Shown here: positions 41,326 through 51,544 of the stretch, in pieces | Position numbering within the stretch: the first letter of the stretch is position 1 | How the letters are laid out: each line of letters begins with the position of its first letter | Source of the DNA: [Phormidium] sp. ETS-05 | GTDB lineage: Bacteria > Cyanobacteriota > Cyanobacteriia > Cyanobacteriales > Laspinemataceae | Length of the DNA stretch: 64,000 bases | Direction of reading: 5' to 3' | Assembly (NCBI RefSeq): GCF_016446395.1 | Contig: NZ_CP051168.1 | Location: 3,621,579-3,685,578 of the forward strand | Notes under the pieces: generated by a model | The model's input: only the letters and a program-made list of their open reading frames with translations | Databases searched by the model: none | Told to the model about the DNA's origin: nothing | Position numbers and translations under genes: made by a program

Positions 41326-44300
41326 CTACCAAGGAGTGCCAATCAGAGTAAATGGGGCCCAGTAGTAGGGGTGAGTAAAATCGAGGTCGGCTTGCTTTGG
41401 CTTCACCTCGCCGCGCAACATGGCTATTTGTGCTTGCTGTAGGGCCTCGACTTTGGTGGGGGACTGTCCGAGATTCTGGTAAAGTTGCGCCATGAGTTCT
41501 GAGGTGCCGCCGTCGCTGACTTCCCACAGGGTGGCGATCGCGGTTTTTACCCCCGCTTGCACCGATAAGCCTGCAAACCCCATTTCCGCGTCCCGGTTGC
41601 CCACGGCGGTTTCACAGGCACTGAGTACGAGTAATTCTACCGAGCGATCGCCATACCATTGCACCTGGCGTAAATCTTCCAAATGCTTCTGGCCATCCCA
41701 AAATTGGATGTAGTTATTATCCTTATTCTGGAATGCGGCATGGGTGGAAATGTGAATGATGTTAAACCGCTGGCTTTGGCGAGCTTCAGCGAGATTCGCT
41801 AACGTAGCTTGTTCGTTGCGATAAATGGCGACTCCATTCGGCCATGAAGAGTTGATGGCGTCCAGTGTTTCATTTACCCCCAGGAGGTTTTCTAATTTTT
41901 TGACATTGGCCAACCTCTCAAAATCAGATATTCCCATTGCCAACACTTCCCCATCCTGCAATCTGTTGTAGGTAGCGTCACTGAAGGAAGAACTACTGAT
42001 AATTTGGGCTACTTTGTATTTCTCTACCAGAAATTGTTGGCCATCATGCAAAGCTGCTATCGGTAGCAGACTCATACTATCTGGCAGCCCAAATATTAAT
42101 GTGTTGATTCCCAGGGATTGCAACTCTGCTTCCAAAGGTTTAATCAGGATATTATACAGAATTTGTGCATCATGTACTACAGATGTTTTGGCTGTGTTCT
42201 TATCACGTACACTATTGTGAAATAATTTCACCATTTCTTTCAATTCATCAATTTTATTGGTAGTAACTATCTCCTCAACCAGTTGTCCTTCACTATTGAT
42301 GCGGCGCTGGATGCGATGTTCTGTCAGTGGATAGACAGAGGTTGGTCGCCCAGAACCAGTCAACATCACTAACCGCATTCCTATCCCTTTTTGGTCATCT
42401 ACATAAATGATTGCGGGTTTTAAGCTTGTCTCCCGACTTATTTTAGTAAGCATTTCGCGCATTTGAGTTTCGCTTTTGGTTTTCGGTAGCTCTTTATTGC
42501 GCAAATACTCGGTATATTCATTAGTGCGCTGTTGATCAATCAAATCGAATAGGCTTTCTCCATTAGCAGGAGGAGAGGTCGGTAAATTGCTGGCGGGGTT
42601 GAGATTGGGACTCTGTGGTGGCGCCAGGAATCGGGGATTTTTGGGGTTATCACGTCCCAGGGAAACTGGTTCAGTGGTAGGGTTGCTGCTATCCCCTGCA
42701 TTAGGAGAAACTCCATTCCCTTGATTGAGTGGTTGCTCTGTTGGGGGGGTTGCTGGTGCGGGTGCTACGGTTCCGGGAAAATCGGGAGCCGCATTCGGGG
42801 TTGAAGTTTGGTTAACGGTGGGTTGGTTGTATGGGCGCTGATACTGCTGAAGACCAAGGGAAAGTTTCACCGAAGGCTCGATTATCAGAATATTATCCGA
42901 CAATACAGGGCCAATGGTTATGCCTTGGGGAGCTTGTAATGTAATTTGTGCATCGGGAAATCCTGACCCAGAATTGGCGTCTAAAGCACCGGTGACAATA
43001 CGTCCCACGTCAGAGTTTAAACTGATAATTCCCGCTTGTTGATTTTCAGAACGGCTAGTAATGTCGCCGGTGGTGATATTTTGGTTGGCATTTATCTGGA
43101 CGTTACCGGCTGGTCCGTCGATCGCGCTACCATTCACATCACCCAGATTAACTTCACCTGCGGTACTGGTGATGGTGACATTGCCAGCAGCATTCAGGGG
43201 AGTAGGTTCTGGGCCGCTAGTGGGTGTTGGCGCCACAACTGTGGCAGTGGGAGTGGGGTTATTCACTACAGGAGCAGCAGTGACTGACGATGGCGATATG
43301 TTGGCGGGAGCAATTACTGGCGAAGCAGTGGCGGTAGCAGTTGCTGGTGATGTGGTGGTGGGGGTGGTTGGTCCAGCAGAAGTATTGATATTTCCCAGAT
43401 TGATATCTCCAGGAGCTGTGGCGGTAACGCCGCCACCAGAACCATTACTGGCAGAACTGCTGTTGATATCACCGATGGTAATGCTGCCTTCTGTACTGGT
43501 GGCAGTAACATCACCTGCATTTCCAGAATTAACGTTGGTGCTAATATCCTCGGCGGTAACGTTTCCAGCAGCTTGTAAGTTTACCGGTCCACCTGTACCC
43601 ACGTTGGCTTTAGTAGTGAGAATGTTAGCGGTGACATTGCCGTTTGTGCTGGTAATAGTGATGCTGCCGCTGGTTCCCAGTGCGGTTGCGGGAAGAGCGG
43701 GGGAATTACTCGTGGCTGGTGGAGTGGTGGCTGCAGGTTGTGCCGGAGCTGTGGCTGTAGGTTGTGCCGGAGCTGTGGTTACAGGTTGTGGTGTGGGAGT
43801 CGTGGCTGCAGGTTGTGCCGGAGCTGTGGTTACAGGTTGTGCCGGAGTGGCGCTAGCTGGTGGAGTCGTGGCTGCAGGTTGTGCTGGATCTGTGGTTGTT
43901 GGCGGGGGACTGTAGTTGGTAGAGGCATCAACATTACCCACGGTGACATTATTGTTACCGGATACACCAATATTTCCCGCATTTCCCTGCTGCGCGGAAC
44001 TATTCAAATCTTCGGCTTTAACGCCGCCTTCGCTGCTGTTGACTGAAATATTGTTGCCGTTGCCTTCTAAGCCCGATCGGCTATCGATACTCCCAGTGTT
44101 AACATCATCTGTGGCGTTGATGCTAGTTTCTCCGGCATCCCCTTCTACGGTTGATGTCACCACAGTGGGATTGCTAACGGATTCCTCTCGACCGTCCGTG
44201 GTCTCCACTTCGATTTTAATTCCTGAATTGCCGTTATTGGGAGTTGTGCTGTCACTGTCGCCGGTTTGAGTGTCAGTACCATCATCAGTAGGGGTATCTT

Positions 44301-46401
44301 CAGATGGAGGGGTTGTTGGTTCTGGTTCTGGCTGTGGTTCCGGTTCTGGCTGTGGTTCCGGTTCTGGCTGTGGTTCTGGTTCCGGTTCTGGTTCCGGTTC
44401 TGGTTCCGGTTCTGGTTCCGGTTCTGATGTAGTGGGTGGTTTTGGGGCGATCGGCGTAATTTTCACCGGTCCAGCCAGCAAACCCTGACCCGGTAAAGAC
44501 ATAGTTTCTGAAGGAGTTAGCGTCACCGAACCATCATCATTACAAGCCACAGTTCCCGATGCACTGGTGCCGCAATTGTTCTGGAAAAAATCATACACAG
44601 CGCCGCTGGTAATGGTAATACTGCCACCCACTTCTATGGTGATACTGCCTGCATTTCCGAACCAAGTGCCAGTTATGGTTTCTCCGATATTAATATTCTC
44701 AGCCGCTTTCAGGTAAATAGGGCCACCATCACCGGACATAGAGCCAGTAGTAATCACGCCACCGGTCAAATTAGCGCCGCTCGTGAGGGAAATAGAGCCA
44801 CCATTGCCATTAGGCGCATTTGCATCTATCCCCCCAGCATTGATATTGCCAGTAGCATTGACCGTAATCGAACCTGCATCGCCGCCGTACTTAGTGTTAA
44901 CGGCTAGATGAGTACCGCCAGAAAAGGCAGGAATCATCCCAAAATCGCCCCCAGCGGTGATATCAATCGTGCCACCACTTCCCTCCTTGCTAACAGCACG
45001 AACTTTATCCGTAGCAATGTTGCCTCCGGCGTCTAAAATAATACTGCCTGCATCCCCTTTCTGCCATACGCTAGCTTCTACCTGACCAGTGGTAATATCA
45101 TTCATGGCTCGAATTTCTATATTGCCGCCATGACCGGAGTCCGTCGTAGCGCCCACGTTTTCAAGTTTAATGCTACCGTTAGTGCTGTTAATGGTGATGT
45201 CGGCAGCAGTTCCACTCGCGCTATAGCCACTAATTAATCCTGTGGCATTAATATCGCCGTTGGCGTCGATGGTGATGTCACCTGCATCAGCAGCAGCAGT
45301 GGAAGAAGAATTGAGGGAACCGGTTATCTCAATTTTGCCATCACTATTGATATGGATATCTCCCCCCGGCGAACCACCGGTATTGATACTGTCAAGAGTG
45401 ATATCCCCTTTTGCTTCCAAGGTGACGTTACTACCTGCAGCATTGAGGGTTCCAGCGTTCAGAAAACCGCCAGACAGAAGATGGATACCACCACCAGCAA
45501 TACCAGATGTAGTGGTGGCATTTGTGGCAACTAAAGCGCCGTTTTCTATTTTGACTCCAGAACCGGTCAAGTTTACAGTACCATCGGCATTTTTTTGCAC
45601 TCCCGTGGCATGAGTGGCGACACCCCCCGTGAGCAATCCCGGTAAATCTAGCGGAGAAAATGTCAAATCATTAGGCAGACTTCCCGCCGCACTGCTAGGG
45701 ATGATATCCAAACTCAACAACATACCATCTTGACTCAGGCGCAGGACATTGCCACCGTCCACCGATGCTATATTTATTTGGCCACCTGGTGCAGTTAAGC
45801 TACCGGTACTGATGACTGTGCCTCCGAATAGGTTTAAATTTTTTCCCTCTAATACGGATAAATTACCAGAATTGATAATTGTCCCCGGTTGGGACATGGT
45901 GAAGGCAAATTGATTGGGGGTTCCGGTTAAATTGGTGTAGTCGTTATTGCCAATGGCGTTAAACCAGTTGCTGCCTAAACCTATGCCATTGGCGGTAGTT
46001 GCCGTAAATGAACCCATAACGTTTAATTGGGCGTTGGCACCAAAAACAATTCCCGCTGGATTCATTAGAAACAAATTGGCATTGCCGCCCGTCACCTGTA
46101 TTAGCCCATTAATTAGTGAGGCATCGCCGCCAACTACACGACCGAGGATGTTTTGAATGGTGGGGTTTGTCTGGAAATTGGCAGTTTGTCCAGAATCGAG
46201 ATTAAATTGGTCAAAACTGTGAAATAGATTCGTCCCCCCGGTTGTACCGTCTTTAATATCTATGGTGGTGCCGTTAATATTGATATTGGTGTTGGTGGGG
46301 TTGCCGGTTTCTGGGGTGATTTGTGCCAGAACTGGTGTCCCAGCTAATCCGATTCCTAATGGTAGTAGGCATAAAGCTGTATGCAATCCTGATGGTTTCA
46401 T
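41326..46401 (-). CDS. Giant secreted two-partner-secretion exoprotein: N-terminal haemagglutination (TPS) domain, beta-helical repeat body, Pro/Thr/Glu-rich linkers, and a C-terminal CHAT (caspase-like) protease domain.
   Basis: Signal peptide. The TPS domain ...IDIKDGTTGGTNLFHSFDQFNLDSGQTANFQ...NILGRVVGGDASLINGLIQVTGGNANLFLMNPAGIVFG. Gly/Asn/Thr-rich beta-helix repeats. (PEPE/PQPE)n linkers. C-terminal CHAT His/Cys dyad (IIHISTHAAF ... LLVLSACETAVG). Confidence 0.75.
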   Translation of the reverse strand: MKPSGLHTALCLLPLGIGLAGTPVLAQITPETGNPTNTNININGTTIDIKDGTTGGTNLFHSFDQFNLDSGQTANFQTNPTIQNILGRVVGGDASLINGLIQVTGGNANLFLMNPAGIVFGANAQLNVMGSFTATTANGIGLGSNWFNAIGNNDYTNLTGTPNQFAFTMSQPGTIINSGNLSVLEGKNLNLFGGTVISTGSLTAPGGQINIASVDGGNVLRLSQDGMLLSLDIIPSSAAGSLPNDLTFSPLDLPGLLTGGVATHATGVQKNADGTVNLTGSGVKIENGALVATNATTTSGIAGGGIHLLSGGFLNAGTLNAAGSNVTLEAKGDITLDSINTGGSPGGDIHINSDGKIEITGSLNSSSTAAADAGDITIDANGDINATGLISGYSASGTAADITINSTNGSIKLENVGATTDSGHGGNIEIRAMNDITTGQVEASVWQKGDAGSIILDAGGNIATDKVRAVSKEGSGGTIDITAGGDFGMIPAFSGGTHLAVNTKYGGDAGSITVNATGNINAGGIDANAPNGNGGSISLTSGANLTGGVITTGSMSGDGGPIYLKAAENINIGETITGTWFGNAGSITIEVGGSITITSGAVYDFFQNNCGTSASGTVACNDDGSVTLTPSETMSLPGQGLLAGPVKITPIAPKPPTTSEPEPEPEPEPEPEPEPEPQPEPEPQPEPEPQPEPEPTTPPSEDTPTDDGTDTQTGDSDSTTPNNGNSGIKIEVETTDGREESVSNPTVVTSTVEGDAGETSINATDDVNTGSIDSRSGLEGNGNNISVNSSEGGVKAEDLNSSAQQGNAGNIGVSGNNNVTVGNVDASTNYSPPPTTTDPAQPAATTPPASATPAQPVTTAPAQPAATTPTPQPVTTAPAQPTATAPAQPAATTPPATSNSPALPATALGTSGSITITSTNGNVTANILTTKANVGTGGPVNLQAAGNVTAEDISTNVNSGNAGDVTATSTEGSITIGDINSSSASNGSGGGVTATAPGDINLGNINTSAGPTTPTTTSPATATATASPVIAPANISPSSVTAAPVVNNPTPTATVVAPTPTSGPEPTPLNAAGNVTITSTAGEVNLGDVNGSAIDGPAGNVQINANQNITTGDITSRSENQQAGIISLNSDVGRIVTGALDANSGSGFPDAQITLQAPQGITIGPVLSDNILIIEPSVKLSLGLQQYQRPYNQPTVNQTSTPNAAPDFPGTVAPAPATPPTEQPLNQGNGVSPNAGDSSNPTTEPVSLGRDNPKNPRFLAPPQSPNLNPASNLPTSPPANGESLFDLIDQQRTNEYTEYLRNKELPKTKSETQMREMLTKISRETSLKPAIIYVDDQKGIGMRLVMLTGSGRPTSVYPLTEHRIQRRINSEGQLVEEIVTTNKIDELKEMVKLFHNSVRDKNTAKTSVVHDAQILYNILIKPLEAELQSLGINTLIFGLPDSMSLLPIAALHDGQQFLVEKYKVAQIISSSSFSDATYNRLQDGEVLAMGISDFERLANVKKLENLLGVNETLDAINSSWPNGVAIYRNEQATLANLAEARQSQRFNIIHISTHAAFQNKDNNYIQFWDGQKHLEDLRQVQWYGDRSVELLVLSACETAVGNRDAEMGFAGLSVQAGVKTAIATLWEVSDGGTSELMAQLYQNLGQSPTKVEALQQAQIAMLRGEVKPKQADLDFTHPYYWAPFTLIGTPW

Positions 46402-46459
46402 CTTATTTTTACTTCATGTGTATTCGGTGATTTATCCCCTACTTTCAAAGGGGGTTGGG

Positions 46460-46800
46460 GGATTCTTTTGTCTTTGGTCATTGGCTGTAGGGGCACGGCG
46501 TCATTGAGATTTCTCGTGAAACCCAGATATTAATGAGGCCGTGCCCCTACCACGGGATGATTTTTTTCATATGTGCAATTGTTATTTGTCGTTGGCCATT
46601 GGTTGTGGGGGCACTGCGTTATTAAGATTTCTCGTGAAACCTAGATATTAATGAGGCCGTGCCCCTACCAGGGGAGGCTTTTTTCATATGTGCAATTGTC
46701 ATTTGTACTTGGTCATTGGTTGTGGGGGCACGGCGTTATTAAGATTTCTCGTGAAACCCAGATATTAATGAGGCCGTGCCCCTACCACGGTAGATTGAGG
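46460..46800. repeat. Three tandem copies of an approximately 120-bp unit, each containing a 21-bp-stem hairpin (GTAGGGGCACGGCGTCATTAA ... TTAATGAGGCCGTGCCCCTAC).
   Basis: Units start near 46486, 46606 and 46726. Single copies of the hairpin occur at 21022-21086 and 40478-40543. Confidence 0.85.
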
Positions 46801-46827
46801 TTCGGGGTACGGTGCCAGGGATGCCCA

Positions 46828-47916
46828 TTACGGCTGTAATTTTTGTAAGTTTTGCACTCGTGTGACATCACCTAATGTTTCATAACCTTGAATTGCCTCC
46901 TGGAGAAATCGCTGGGCTTGGGGGGTATCTTTCAGGGCGGAATAAATTTCTGCCAATTTTGCCGCTGCTTCGGTTTTGATGACTAAATCGGGGGTTTCAG
47001 TGGCGAGTTGGAAGGCTTGGAGATAGTTGTTTATGGCTAGCTGGTTTAGTTGTACTTCCTCGTACAAACCTGCTAGGGTGTGGTAAATTTGGGCTGATTT
47101 TATATTGGCACTGATGGCGGTTTCTAGGGTCTCAATGGCTTCGGCTCTTAACTTATATTTCTGGTATAATATGACTTGGGCTAGAGTCTGCGTGGGTTGG
47201 CCTGGTTGCTGCTGACTTAGTTCGGTGAGGTCGGCTTGGAGGTTGGCTCTTTTACTGTCATCAAGTATGGTGAATCCGAGCTGCATTCCGGGGTCATCAG
47301 TGGAACTAGCCCCGCTGTCGGTGATGATGGTAATTAAGTAATATTCTCCGGGTTGTAAGGGGGTTTCGCCTCCATAAACTACTTGATTGGTGGTGACTTC
47401 TGTTTTCCAATCGACTCCGACTCCCCGCACGCGCACGCGATAGCTGTTGGCTCCGGTTACGGCGTTCCAGCGGATGGTTGGGGTTGGGGAAAGTAGGTGG
47501 GTGCGGCGGGGACTGATGAGATAGGGAAGGTTGGCATCGATACCGGCGATCGCGTCCCCCATAGTGGGATCGGGATTCACAGTCGGCACCGGACAGATAT
47601 TTGCTACCCCTGACGGACTGCCACTGGGTACAGGCTGTGTGGTGCCGTTGCTGCATTGCAGCTTGACTTGGCTCCCGGCGGCGGGCCAAATTAAATCGCC
47701 GTTATCCAGGCTGGTGCCTACGGCGGCGGGTTGGTAGCTGCTCCACCCACTACGTTTGATAGATACTTGTCCGGTGGCGGTGAGGATCGTTCCCAGGGAA
47801 GCGGCGACGGCGGTTGGGGCAGTGGTGAATGCCCCAGTCACCATGATGGACGTGGTAAGTCCGAGGGAACTAAAGCGGTTTAAATACAGGTTTTTGGTGA
47901 GAGTTTGACTGCACAT
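46828..47916 (-). CDS. Secreted FecR-domain protein with C-terminal TPR repeats.
   Basis: Signal peptide. FecR-like GQVSIKRSGWSSYQPAAVGTSLDNGDLIWPAAGSQVKLQCSNGT. C-terminal TPR-like helices. It is paralogous to the ORF at 51545-51916. Confidence 0.55.
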   Translation of the reverse strand: MCSQTLTKNLYLNRFSSLGLTTSIMVTGAFTTAPTAVAASLGTILTATGQVSIKRSGWSSYQPAAVGTSLDNGDLIWPAAGSQVKLQCSNGTTQPVPSGSPSGVANICPVPTVNPDPTMGDAIAGIDANLPYLISPRRTHLLSPTPTIRWNAVTGANSYRVRVRGVGVDWKTEVTTNQVVYGGETPLQPGEYYLITIITDSGASSTDDPGMQLGFTILDDSKRANLQADLTELSQQQPGQPTQTLAQVILYQKYKLRAEAIETLETAISANIKSAQIYHTLAGLYEEVQLNQLAINNYLQAFQLATETPDLVIKTEAAAKLAEIYSALKDTPQAQRFLQEAIQGYETLGDVTRVQNLQKLQP

Positions 47917-49615
47917 CTAATTGCCTCTGTTGCATCAGCATAACTTCATAACTTACCAACCGTTGCTGAGCCATATCAATCCACTTACTTTCTTCGGGAG
48001 TAGTAGTGGGTTGAGCGTAACGCAGACAGTTTTCCCACTCGGTCAAAGCTGCCTTTGGTTGGTTTTGGTTTTCTAGCACTTGCGCTAATAAGCAGTAAGC
48101 GGAGGCTCGTTCTGGGTTGAGGCTGATAGCCATCCGCAAATTGGCTTCGGCGACTGCATAGCCTTTTTGGATAGCTCTTGCCCATCCCAAGTTTTTGTGC
48201 AGGGAATATTTCACCCCATTACTAAAATTGTTTTTCTGTAGTTCAGGCAATATTAGTTGTACTGCTGCCTCGGGATTTCCCGCTAGAATTTCCAACCGAG
48301 CTAAATTATTTACCGCTGGGGTGTAGCCTTTTTTGGCGGCTTTGTAGTAATACTCTTTGGCTAGGTTTTGGTTGAAAAAAGGCTGTTTTTCATACAGCAA
48401 ACCCAGATTATTATAAGGTTTGGGGTAATTGGGTTTGACCCAAATGGCGGTGTGATACCAAAATTCGGCTTGTTCTGGGTTTGTGGTTCCTGCGGCTTGT
48501 CCTAACCGGGTGCAAAAGTCGGCTATGGGTTGCAGAGTTAGCTGCAAGCCAATACACAATATCAATAAGCTGATGGCCGATCGCCGCATTTGCTGTGGGG
48601 AAAACGGCCATGAGAAGATGATTCCTAGACGCAGGTTCTGGCGACGAAACTCCCCAGAGATGTGAGGATTTGAGGGATTTTCCTCGGTGCTTTCTGAGGG
48701 AGCATCATAAAGATGCTGTAGCCGCTCTAACAGCACTTGGGGATTGGCTGGTCGCTGCTGGGGGAGAGGGGATATCATTTGGTCGAGCAAATCTGCCAAC
48801 GGTTTGGAGATTCCCTCTACCCGATCGCGCCATAGCAGTTTATTGGTGCGCCGATGTTTGGGCAAATCGTCGGGATATGAGCCGGTGAGCAAATGGACGA
48901 TCGTGCAGCCAAGACCAAAAATATCTGATTGGGGAACCGCCCCCCCGCTGCGCTGTTCTGGTGCGGTGTATCCATAGGAACCCACCGGCGTCACAGCGCG
49001 ATTAATAAACCCCACGTTGCCAAAGTCGATTAATGCTAATTCTCCGTTAGCTTTCAGGATAATGTTGCTGGGTTTGATATCCCGATGCAGCAATCCTTCT
49101 TCATGTACGTAAATCAGCAGTTGGGTGATTTGGCGCAACCAATTTACCGCGATCGCTTCGGTAATCTCCCCATTTTCCTGGAGCCATGCTCGGAGGTTAG
49201 TCCCCTCAATCTGCTCCATTACCAGACAGGGCAATTGCCTGTGAGCATCTAGAGAAATGGTGAAGAAGCCATCCGGTTCGACCCGAGGCAAACCGGGATG
49301 ACGCAACCGCTTTAATATGGTGGCTTCTCGTTCAAACAGAGTTTGGGCGCCGGTTTCCTGCATTTTGAGAACTTTCAGCACTTTGGGCCAGTCCTCTCGG
49401 TCAGGATTGATGTCCCAGTCTTCCACCTCAAAGACATCGGTTGTGTATTCTTCGTCCAATTGCCGCAGGGGTTTGGCGAGGCGATAGCGATCGTTGATCA
49501 GCAGTGGCGTACCGCAACTGAGACAGCGAGAGCCATCATCGGGGTTGAAGCGGTTGATACAACGGGGGTTAATGCAGTAACACCCGATTTCGGGGGGTTG
49601 ATTAGCGGCAGTCAT
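47870..49615 (-). CDS. Membrane Ser/Thr protein kinase with an N-terminal zinc-ribbon and C-terminal TPR/Sel1-like repeats.
   Basis: CINPRCINRFNPDDGSRCLSCGTPL zinc ribbon. Kinase subdomains (HRDIKPSNIIL, IDFGNVG, GSYGYTAPE). A TM helix, then TPR-like repeats. Confidence 0.8.
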   Translation of the reverse strand: MTAANQPPEIGCYCINPRCINRFNPDDGSRCLSCGTPLLINDRYRLAKPLRQLDEEYTTDVFEVEDWDINPDREDWPKVLKVLKMQETGAQTLFEREATILKRLRHPGLPRVEPDGFFTISLDAHRQLPCLVMEQIEGTNLRAWLQENGEITEAIAVNWLRQITQLLIYVHEEGLLHRDIKPSNIILKANGELALIDFGNVGFINRAVTPVGSYGYTAPEQRSGGAVPQSDIFGLGCTIVHLLTGSYPDDLPKHRRTNKLLWRDRVEGISKPLADLLDQMISPLPQQRPANPQVLLERLQHLYDAPSESTEENPSNPHISGEFRRQNLRLGIIFSWPFSPQQMRRSAISLLILCIGLQLTLQPIADFCTRLGQAAGTTNPEQAEFWYHTAIWVKPNYPKPYNNLGLLYEKQPFFNQNLAKEYYYKAAKKGYTPAVNNLARLEILAGNPEAAVQLILPELQKNNFSNGVKYSLHKNLGWARAIQKGYAVAEANLRMAISLNPERASAYCLLAQVLENQNQPKAALTEWENCLRYAQPTTTPEESKWIDMAQQRLVSYEVMLMQQRQLDVQSNSHQKPVFKPL

Positions 49616-49642
49616 GGCGGCACCCCATAGTTTGATTGATTT

Positions 49643-51247
49643 TTAACTGGCGAGGGAATTTCCAGCCGGATCGGGCGGTAGGGCTTTGATTAATGATTGG
49701 ATGTTGTCAGCGGCATAGCCGACTTCAAACAGAGACCGATCGCCCAGCCAGCCTAGTAACCGATTATATCGCTCTTCCACTTTCTTTTGACTGCGGAACG
49801 CCTTACACAGCCGCTCGTTTACCTGTTGTAAAATTGGGTGTTCCGTCACAGCATCGCCGCTATCTGATCCTAGAGACCCTTTCCCCAGGTCATGGCTTCT
49901 TAACAAGCTCAATTTTTCGGCGTCTTGGGTTTTCACTGCCTCCATAATTTCGTTGCCAGCTTGAACCACCAGTTGATTCGTCACATATTCCAGCACCATC
50001 GGTTGCAGACTAAACCGAGCGCTGCCGGACTCAGTGATTTTTTCAATCAGGTTGCGCCGTCCCAGAGATTCTAAAGCCTCTAGGAGTTCGGCCTGATGTT
50101 CCGATAGTTCGATATCGTCTTGCAGGGTAAAGAATGTCACCGGTTGGCGCTCGATCGCCAGCCAGTAGAGAATTTCTTTCTCAAACTCATACAAGCGCTC
50201 AAACTGAAAGTCCAGCAAATCCCGAATGTTGCCAAACACAAAGGTTTTTTGCTTCAGGAACTCGGACACATTGCCGCCAAACAGCTCTTTAATCGTGGTA
50301 GCGACAATCTTTAAAGCCAAAGGATTGCCTCGGTAGAGGCGCGTTAGCTCTACCCACTGCTCCGGTTCCGATAACCCTTTAGCGCGGAAAATTTCCCACG
50401 ATTGCTCTTCGTCTAATTCCCTTAGCTCCATCACCCGCACGGGCATGGTTTCACCTTGCAGCAAGGCAATATCGTCGATTTGCTCCAGACTGGTAATCAC
50501 CAAGCAGCTTTGGTGGGATTCCGTGGCCACTCGTTTGATGAGATTGCCATAATCTTGATAGCTATCGCCATAATGCCCCGCTAGGTTGCCACTTCTGAGA
50601 ATCGCTTGGGCGCTATCTAGCACAATCAGACAGCGCTTGGCTTTCAATGTATCCATCAGTCGCGATATCCTGTCGTCAGTTTCATATGGTGGGCTGACGC
50701 CGGGGGCGAAAAATTTAATCAAATCTGCCAGCAGTTCCCTGGCTGGGGGAGCGTCCCGCAGACTGCGCCAAATTACTCCATCAAATTGGTCTTGAATTTG
50801 TTTGGCGAGTTTGATGGCTAGGGTGGTTTTGCCAATTCCCCCCATCCCGCAAATGGCGACCAAACGACAGCGATCGTTTAGTATCCACCCGGCTAAGGTG
50901 TCTAGCTGTTCGCTGCGACCGTAAAAAATGGACACATCGGGTGCTTCTCCCCAGTCGCGGCGGGGTTCTCCGTCCCACTCGAGGCTACTGCCATCTGGTG
51001 TTTGCCCCCGAGACAAAGCCAAGAGATGCTGCTGTAGTTTCGCCAGCTTCACAGGCCCGCGCCCCGGAATCTCAAATTTTTTGTAGATGTCGCTCAGGCG
51101 CTTGCGTACTAGGTCTTCGCTAATCTCGACTTTGGCGGCGATCGTCGGTGTTGATTCTCCCTTCATGGCTAGGGACAACACATGGAACTCTCCATCGGAA
51201 ACTTGCTTCTCGTCGGCGATGGCTTTTAACAGGTCCTCCTGAATCAC
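49643..51247 (-). CDS. STAND-class NB-ARC ATPase with an N-terminal LuxR/sigma-70 region-4-like HTH; no C-terminal repeat sensor domain.
   Basis: HTH segment LSLAMKGESTPTIAAKVEISEDLVRKRLSDIYKKF. Walker A VAICGMGGIGKTTLA and Walker B RCLIVLDSAQ. NB-ARC-type helical region. Confidence 0.7.
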   Translation of the reverse strand: MIQEDLLKAIADEKQVSDGEFHVLSLAMKGESTPTIAAKVEISEDLVRKRLSDIYKKFEIPGRGPVKLAKLQQHLLALSRGQTPDGSSLEWDGEPRRDWGEAPDVSIFYGRSEQLDTLAGWILNDRCRLVAICGMGGIGKTTLAIKLAKQIQDQFDGVIWRSLRDAPPARELLADLIKFFAPGVSPPYETDDRISRLMDTLKAKRCLIVLDSAQAILRSGNLAGHYGDSYQDYGNLIKRVATESHQSCLVITSLEQIDDIALLQGETMPVRVMELRELDEEQSWEIFRAKGLSEPEQWVELTRLYRGNPLALKIVATTIKELFGGNVSEFLKQKTFVFGNIRDLLDFQFERLYEFEKEILYWLAIERQPVTFFTLQDDIELSEHQAELLEALESLGRRNLIEKITESGSARFSLQPMVLEYVTNQLVVQAGNEIMEAVKTQDAEKLSLLRSHDLGKGSLGSDSGDAVTEHPILQQVNERLCKAFRSQKKVEERYNRLLGWLGDRSLFEVGYAADNIQSLIKALPPDPAGNSLAS

Positions 51248-51544
51248 GCCTTATTCCTCCCTTTAACTTCTTGGTACTCTATCATACCCGTGAAAAAAAC
51301 GCAAGGTTTTTTTCATCCTCGTGCGATTCTGGGCTTTGGCGTTTCTAACCTTTTTATATCAAAGGTTAGCCGCCATATTCATAGATGCCTTATCATCGCA
51401 TAATTCCATTATTGGTCATATGAGTTAATTTTAACCTCCTGGGGTATGTAAATTTTTGTTGCAAAAATCCCCAGCTCGGCAAAAAAAGCCAAATTTCCCC
51501 CCGATAGAAGGTTGACGGCTATTCACTGCTGGGGACCGTGCTAG

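Noticed and set aside
43061-44488. Plus-strand ORFs (284 aa, 102 aa, 117 aa, 72 aa) inside the giant TPS-CHAT gene.
   Set aside because: They are antisense artefacts of Gly/Thr/Pro-rich repeat codons, with low-complexity Val/Ala/Gly/Cys-rich translations. The minus-strand frame is continuous with recognisable domains.
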